From the NCBI RefSeq assembly GCF_013315695.1, contig NZ_CP054353.1: 64,000 bases of DNA, one strand, 5' to 3'. This DNA is from Escherichia coli. GTDB lineage: Bacteria > Pseudomonadota > Gammaproteobacteria > Enterobacterales > Enterobacteriaceae. Shown here piece by piece: positions 59,618 through 64,000 of the stretch. Under the pieces are notes generated by a model. That model saw nothing but the letters and a program-made list of their open reading frames with translations, had not been told where the DNA came from and searched no databases. The translations under genes and the position numbers were made by a program. Position 1 is the first letter of the stretch. Every line of letters begins with the position of its first letter.

Positions 59618-59893
59618 ATGATTACCAATTATGAAGCCACTGTTGTAACTACCGATGACATTGTTCACGAGGTGAATCTGGAAGGAAAGCGCATTGGCTA
59701 CGTAATTAAAACAGAAAATAAAGAAACCCCATTCACTGTGGTTGATATCGATGGTCCATCAGGCAACGTAAAAACACTTGATGAAGGTGTCAAAAAAATG
59801 TGCCTGGTGCATATCGGAAAGAATCTGCCCGCAGAAAAAAAAGCCGAATTTCTGGCAACTCTAATTGCAATGAAATTAAAAGGTGAAATCTGA
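59618..59893 (+). CDS. racC: Rac prophage protein RacC (91 aa)
   Basis: Start set at MITNYEATVVTTDDIVHEVNLEGKRIGYVIK. Confidence 0.75.
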   Translation: MITNYEATVVTTDDIVHEVNLEGKRIGYVIKTENKETPFTVVDIDGPSGNVKTLDEGVKKMCLVHIGKNLPAEKKAEFLATLIAMKLKGEI

Positions 59894-59994
59894 AAGAAAT
59901 AGCCTGCGTATGGCGCAGGCTATGAACAGTGTGTATCCGGCAAGATCATTCACTGAACAAAACGAATTTTAATCTGAGTTGAGGTTAAAAAACA

Positions 59995-62595
59995 ATGAGC
60001 ACAAAACCACTCTTCCTGTTACGGAAAGCGAAAAAATCATCCGGTGAACCTGACGTCGTCCTGTGGGCAAGCAACGATTTTGAATCGACCTGTGCCACTC
60101 TGGACTACCTGATCGTTAAGTCAGGTAAAAAACTGAGCAGCTATTTTAAAGCTGTTGCCACGAATTTTCCTGTCGTTAATGACCTGCCCGCTGAAGGTGA
60201 GATCGATTTTACCTGGAGTGAACGCTATCAACTCAGCAAAGACTCCATGACATGGGAACTAAAACCGGGAGCAGCACCAGACAACGCTCACTATCAAGGC
60301 AATACCAACGTCAACGGCGAAGACATGACTGAGATTGAGGAGAATATGCTACTCCCAATTTCTGGCCAGGAACTGCCCATTCGTTGGCTTGCTCAACACG
60401 GCAGCGAAAAACCGGTAACGCACGTTTCACGCGACGGACTCCAGGCATTACACATTGCTCGGGCTGAAGAACTACCGGCTGTTACTGCCCTGGCTGTTTC
60501 CCACAAAACCAGCCTGCTCGACCCGCTGGAAATTCGCGAACTCCACAAACTGGTTCGTGACACTGACAAAGTTTTCCCTAATCCTGGTAATTCAAACCTG
60601 GGACTGATAACTGCTTTTTTCGAAGCATACCTGAACGCTGACTACACCGATCGAGGACTGCTGACAAAAGAGTGGATGAAGGGTAATCGTGTTTCACACA
60701 TCACTCGCACGGCTTCCGGTGCTAATGCTGGCGGCGGAAACCTCACCGATCGCGGCGAAGGTTTCGTACACGATCTGACGTCACTGGCGCGCGACGTAGC
60801 CACTGGCGTACTGGCCCGTTCAATGGATCTGGACATCTATAACCTTCATCCGGCACACGCTAAACGCATTGAGGAAATTATCGCTGAAAATAAACCGCCC
60901 TTTTCTGTTTTCCGCGACAAATTCATCACCATGCCTGGCGGGCTGGATTATTCCCGCGCCATCGTGGTTGCGTCCGTAAAAGAAGCACCAATTGGGATCG
61001 AGGTCATCCCCGCGCACGTCACTGAATATCTGAACAAAGTACTGACTGAAACCGATCATGCCAACCCTGATCCGGAAATCGTGGATATTGCCTGCGGTCG
61101 CTCCTCTGCCCCGATGCCGCAGCGAGTAACAGAAGAAGGAAAACAGGATGATGAAGAAAAACCGCAACCATCTGGAACAACGGCAGTTGAACAGGGAGAG
61201 GCTGAAACAATGGAACCGGACGCAACTGAACATCATCAGGACACGCAGCCGCTGGATGCTCAGTCACAGGTAAATTCTATTGATGCGAAATATCAGGAAC
61301 TGCGGGCAGAACTCCATGAAGCCCGGAAAAACATTCCATCAAAAGATCCTGTCGATGCCGATAAATTGCTTGCTGCATCACGTGGTGAATTTGTTGACGG
61401 AATTAGCGACCCGAACGATCCGAAATGGGTAAAGGGGATCCAGACTCGCGATTGTGTGTACCAGAACCAGCCAGAAACGGAAAAAACCAGCCCGGATATG
61501 AATCAACCTGAGCCAGTAGTGCAACAGGAACCGGAAATAGCCTGCAATGCCTGCGGCCAGACTGGCGGGGATAACTGCCCTGACTGTGGTGCGGTGATGG
61601 GCGACGCAACATACCAGGAAACATTCGATGAAGAGAGTCAGGTTGAAGCTAAGGAAAATGATCCGGAGGAAATGGAAGGCGCTGAACATCCGCACAATGA
61701 GAATGCTGGCAGCGATCCGCATCGCGATTGCAGTGATGAAACTGGCGAAGTCGCAGATCCCGTAATCGTAGAAGACATAGAGCCAGGTATTTATTACGGA
61801 ATTTCGAATGAGAATTACCACGCGGGTCCCGGTGTCAGTAAGTCTCAGCTCGATGACATTGCTGATACTCCGGCACTATATTTGTGGCGTAAAAATGCCC
61901 CCGTTGACACCACAAAGACAAAAACGCTCGATTTAGGAACCGCTTTCCACTGCCGGGTACTTGAACCGGAAGAATTCAGTAACCGCTTTATCGTAGCACC
62001 TGAATTTAACCGCCGTACAAACGCCGGAAAAGAAGAAGAGAAAGCGTTTCTGATGGAATGCGCAAGCACAGGAAAAACAGTTATCACTGCGGAAGAAGGC
62101 CGGAAAATTGAACTCATGTATCAAAGCGTTATGGCTTTGCCGCTGGGGCAATGGCTTGTTGAAAGCGCCGGACACGCTGAATCATCAATTTACTGGGAAG
62201 ATCCTGAAACAGGAATTTTGTGTCGGTGCCGTCCGGACAAAATTATCCCTGAATTTCACTGGATCATGGACGTGAAAACTACGGCGGATATTCAACGATT
62301 CAAAACCGCTTATTACGACTACCGCTATCACGTTCAGGATGCATTCTACAGTGACGGTTATGAAGCACAGTTTGGAGTGCAGCCAACTTTCGTTTTTCTG
62401 GTTGCCAGCACAACTATTGAATGCGGACGTTATCCGGTTGAAATTTTCATGATGGGCGAAGAAGCAAAACTGGCAGGTCAACAGGAATATCACCGCAATC
62501 TGCGAACCCTGTCTGACTGCCTGAATACCGATGAATGGCCAGCTATTAAGACATTATCACTGCCCCGCTGGGCTAAGGAATATGCAAATGACTAA
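59995..62595 (+). CDS. recE: Exodeoxyribonuclease VIII (RecE), full-length 866 aa
   Basis: 866-aa ORF with acidic central region and C-terminal nuclease domain; directly followed by overlapping recT. Confidence 0.9.
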   Translation: MSTKPLFLLRKAKKSSGEPDVVLWASNDFESTCATLDYLIVKSGKKLSSYFKAVATNFPVVNDLPAEGEIDFTWSERYQLSKDSMTWELKPGAAPDNAHYQGNTNVNGEDMTEIEENMLLPISGQELPIRWLAQHGSEKPVTHVSRDGLQALHIARAEELPAVTALAVSHKTSLLDPLEIRELHKLVRDTDKVFPNPGNSNLGLITAFFEAYLNADYTDRGLLTKEWMKGNRVSHITRTASGANAGGGNLTDRGEGFVHDLTSLARDVATGVLARSMDLDIYNLHPAHAKRIEEIIAENKPPFSVFRDKFITMPGGLDYSRAIVVASVKEAPIGIEVIPAHVTEYLNKVLTETDHANPDPEIVDIACGRSSAPMPQRVTEEGKQDDEEKPQPSGTTAVEQGEAETMEPDATEHHQDTQPLDAQSQVNSIDAKYQELRAELHEARKNIPSKDPVDADKLLAASRGEFVDGISDPNDPKWVKGIQTRDCVYQNQPETEKTSPDMNQPEPVVQQEPEIACNACGQTGGDNCPDCGAVMGDATYQETFDEESQVEAKENDPEEMEGAEHPHNENAGSDPHRDCSDETGEVADPVIVEDIEPGIYYGISNENYHAGPGVSKSQLDDIADTPALYLWRKNAPVDTTKTKTLDLGTAFHCRVLEPEEFSNRFIVAPEFNRRTNAGKEEEKAFLMECASTGKTVITAEEGRKIELMYQSVMALPLGQWLVESAGHAESSIYWEDPETGILCRCRPDKIIPEFHWIMDVKTTADIQRFKTAYYDYRYHVQDAFYSDGYEAQFGVQPTFVFLVASTTIECGRYPVEIFMMGEEAKLAGQQEYHRNLRTLSDCLNTDEWPAIKTLSLPRWAKEYAND

Positions 62596-63397
62596 GCAAC
62601 CACCAATCGCAAAAGCCGATCTGCAAAAAACTCAGGGAAACCGTGCACCAGCAGCAGTTAAAAATAGCGACGTGATTAGTTTTATTAACCAGCCATCAAT
62701 GAAAGAGCAACTGGCAGCAGCTCTTCCACGCCATATGACGGCTGAACGTATGATCCGTATCGCCACCACAGAAATTCGTAAAGTTCCGGCGTTAGGAAAC
62801 TGTGACACTATGAGTTTTGTCAGTGCGATCGTACAGTGTTCACAGCTCGGACTTGAGCCAGGTAGCGCCCTCGGTCATGCATATTTACTGCCTTTTGGTA
62901 ATAAAAACGAAAAGAGCGGTAAAAAGAACGTTCAGCTAATCATTGGCTATCGCGGCATGATTGATCTGGCTCGCCGTTCTGGTCAAATCGCCAGCCTGTC
63001 AGCCCGTGTTGTCCGTGAAGGTGACGAGTTTAGCTTCGAATTTGGCCTTGATGAAAAGTTAATACACCGCCCGGGAGAAAACGAAGATGCCCCGGTTACC
63101 CACGTCTATGCTGTCGCAAGACTGAAAGACGGAGGTACTCAGTTTGAAGTTATGACGCGCAAACAGATTGAGCTGGTGCGCAGCCTGAGTAAAGCTGGTA
63201 ATAACGGGCCGTGGGTAACTCACTGGGAAGAAATGGCAAAGAAAACGGCTATTCGTCGCCTGTTCAAATATCTGCCCGTATCAATTGAGATCCAGCGTGC
63301 AGTATCAATGGATGAAAAGGAACCACTGACAATCGATCCTGCAGATTCCTCTGTATTAACCGGGGAATACAGTGTAATCGATAATTCAGAGGAATAA
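62588..63397 (+). CDS. recT: Single-strand annealing protein RecT (269 aa)
   Basis: Start set at [28 protein letters not shown]; overlaps recE stop (ATGACTAA). Confidence 0.9.
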   Translation: MTKQPPIAKADLQKTQGNRAPAAVKNSDVISFINQPSMKEQLAAALPRHMTAERMIRIATTEIRKVPALGNCDTMSFVSAIVQCSQLGLEPGSALGHAYLLPFGNKNEKSGKKNVQLIIGYRGMIDLARRSGQIASLSARVVREGDEFSFEFGLDEKLIHRPGENEDAPVTHVYAVARLKDGGTQFEVMTRKQIELVRSLSKAGNNGPWVTHWEEMAKKTAIRRLFKYLPVSIEIQRAVSMDEKEPLTIDPADSSVLTGEYSVIDNSEE

Positions 63398-63453
63398 TTC
63401 AGCCTGGCGGTGTAATGCACCGCCAACTTGAAATATTTTTTATGAGAAAAATT

Positions 63454-63648
63454 ATGAGATATGACAATGTTAAACCATGTCCATTTTGTGGTTGTCCATC
63501 AGTAACGGTGAAAGTCATTTCAGGATATTACCGAGCGAAGTGTAACGGATGCGAATCCCGAACCGGTTATGGTGGAAGTGAAAAAGAAGCACTCGAAAGA
63601 TGGAATAAACGAACCACTGGAAATAATAACGGAGGTGTTCATGTATAA
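63454..63648 (+). CDS. ralR: Restriction alleviation protein RalR/Lar (64 aa)
   Basis: Start set at MRYDNVKPCPFCGCPSVTVKV; Cys-rich motif. Confidence 0.7.
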   Translation: MRYDNVKPCPFCGCPSVTVKVISGYYRAKCNGCESRTGYGGSEKEALERWNKRTTGNNNGGVHV

Positions 63649-63829
63649 AATTACCGCCACTATTGAAAAGGAAGGTGGCACTCCTACTAACTGGACAAGA
63701 TATTCAAAATCTAAACTAACGAAATCAGAATGCGAAAAAATGCTCTCAGGTAAAAAAGAAGCAGGCGTTTCCAGAGAGCAGAAAGTAAAACTGATAAATT
63801 TTAATTGCGAGAAACTTCAGTCCTCGTGA
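63641..63829 (+). CDS. ydaC: Rac prophage protein YdaC (62 aa)
   Basis: Start set at MYKITATIEKEGGTPTNW, overlapping ralR stop. Confidence 0.6.
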   Translation: MYKITATIEKEGGTPTNWTRYSKSKLTKSECEKMLSGKKEAGVSREQKVKLINFNCEKLQSS

Positions 63830-63928
63830 ATTGCATTGTATTCAAATTAAAACTTCATAGCTGATTATTAATAATCAACATCGGGCGTCAATTTCAGTCT
63901 AACATTGGCGCCTGCCAGAGGTGATGCG

Positions 63929-64000
63929 ATGGCACAAGTAATCTTTAATGAAGAGTGGATGGTTGAATACGGCCTGATGCTTCGCACTGGTCTGGGGGCC
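63929..64000 (+). CDS. xisR: Rac prophage excisionase-like protein, 5' partial (runs off window end)
   Basis: ATG at 63929: MAQVIFNEEWMVEYGLMLRTGLGA... Confidence 0.5.
   Translation, partial: MAQVIFNEEWMVEYGLMLRTGLGA

Overview
This window reads as an Enterobacteriaceae chromosomal segment (Escherichia coli / Shigella type), matching the E. coli K-12 interval patD-ydcVUTS-ydcR ... tehAB ... trg ... hrpA ... ynbABCD ... ldhA ... ydbK ... ompN-uspF ... Rac prophage (recET) in inverted orientation relative to K-12. Gene identities are assigned from my recognition of the translated ORFs and from synteny; no database search was run. Most of the window is conserved core genome. The accessory content is: four copies of IS1 with identical internal ORF translations, none flanked by a target-site duplication; the sitABCD Mn/Fe transporter island with Fur and MntR boxes; a truncated Rac prophage retaining sieB-kilR-ydaE-racC-recE-recT-ralR-ydaC-xisR; the hokB/mokB toxin locus; and the small RNAs micC and rydC. 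The IS1 pattern, sit island, ompN disruption and absence of the paa/fea region and hicAB suggest a Shigella-like reduced genome. No CRISPR array, tRNA or rRNA gene was seen. I did not find a well-supported multi-gene novel system. The best candidate for something undescribed is an AT-rich 271-aa orphan ORF (55418..56233) flanked by imperfect direct repeats, with a convergent 102-aa membrane-protein gene beside it. Coordinates of features shorter than the ORF-track cutoff were derived by hand and may be off by a base or two.
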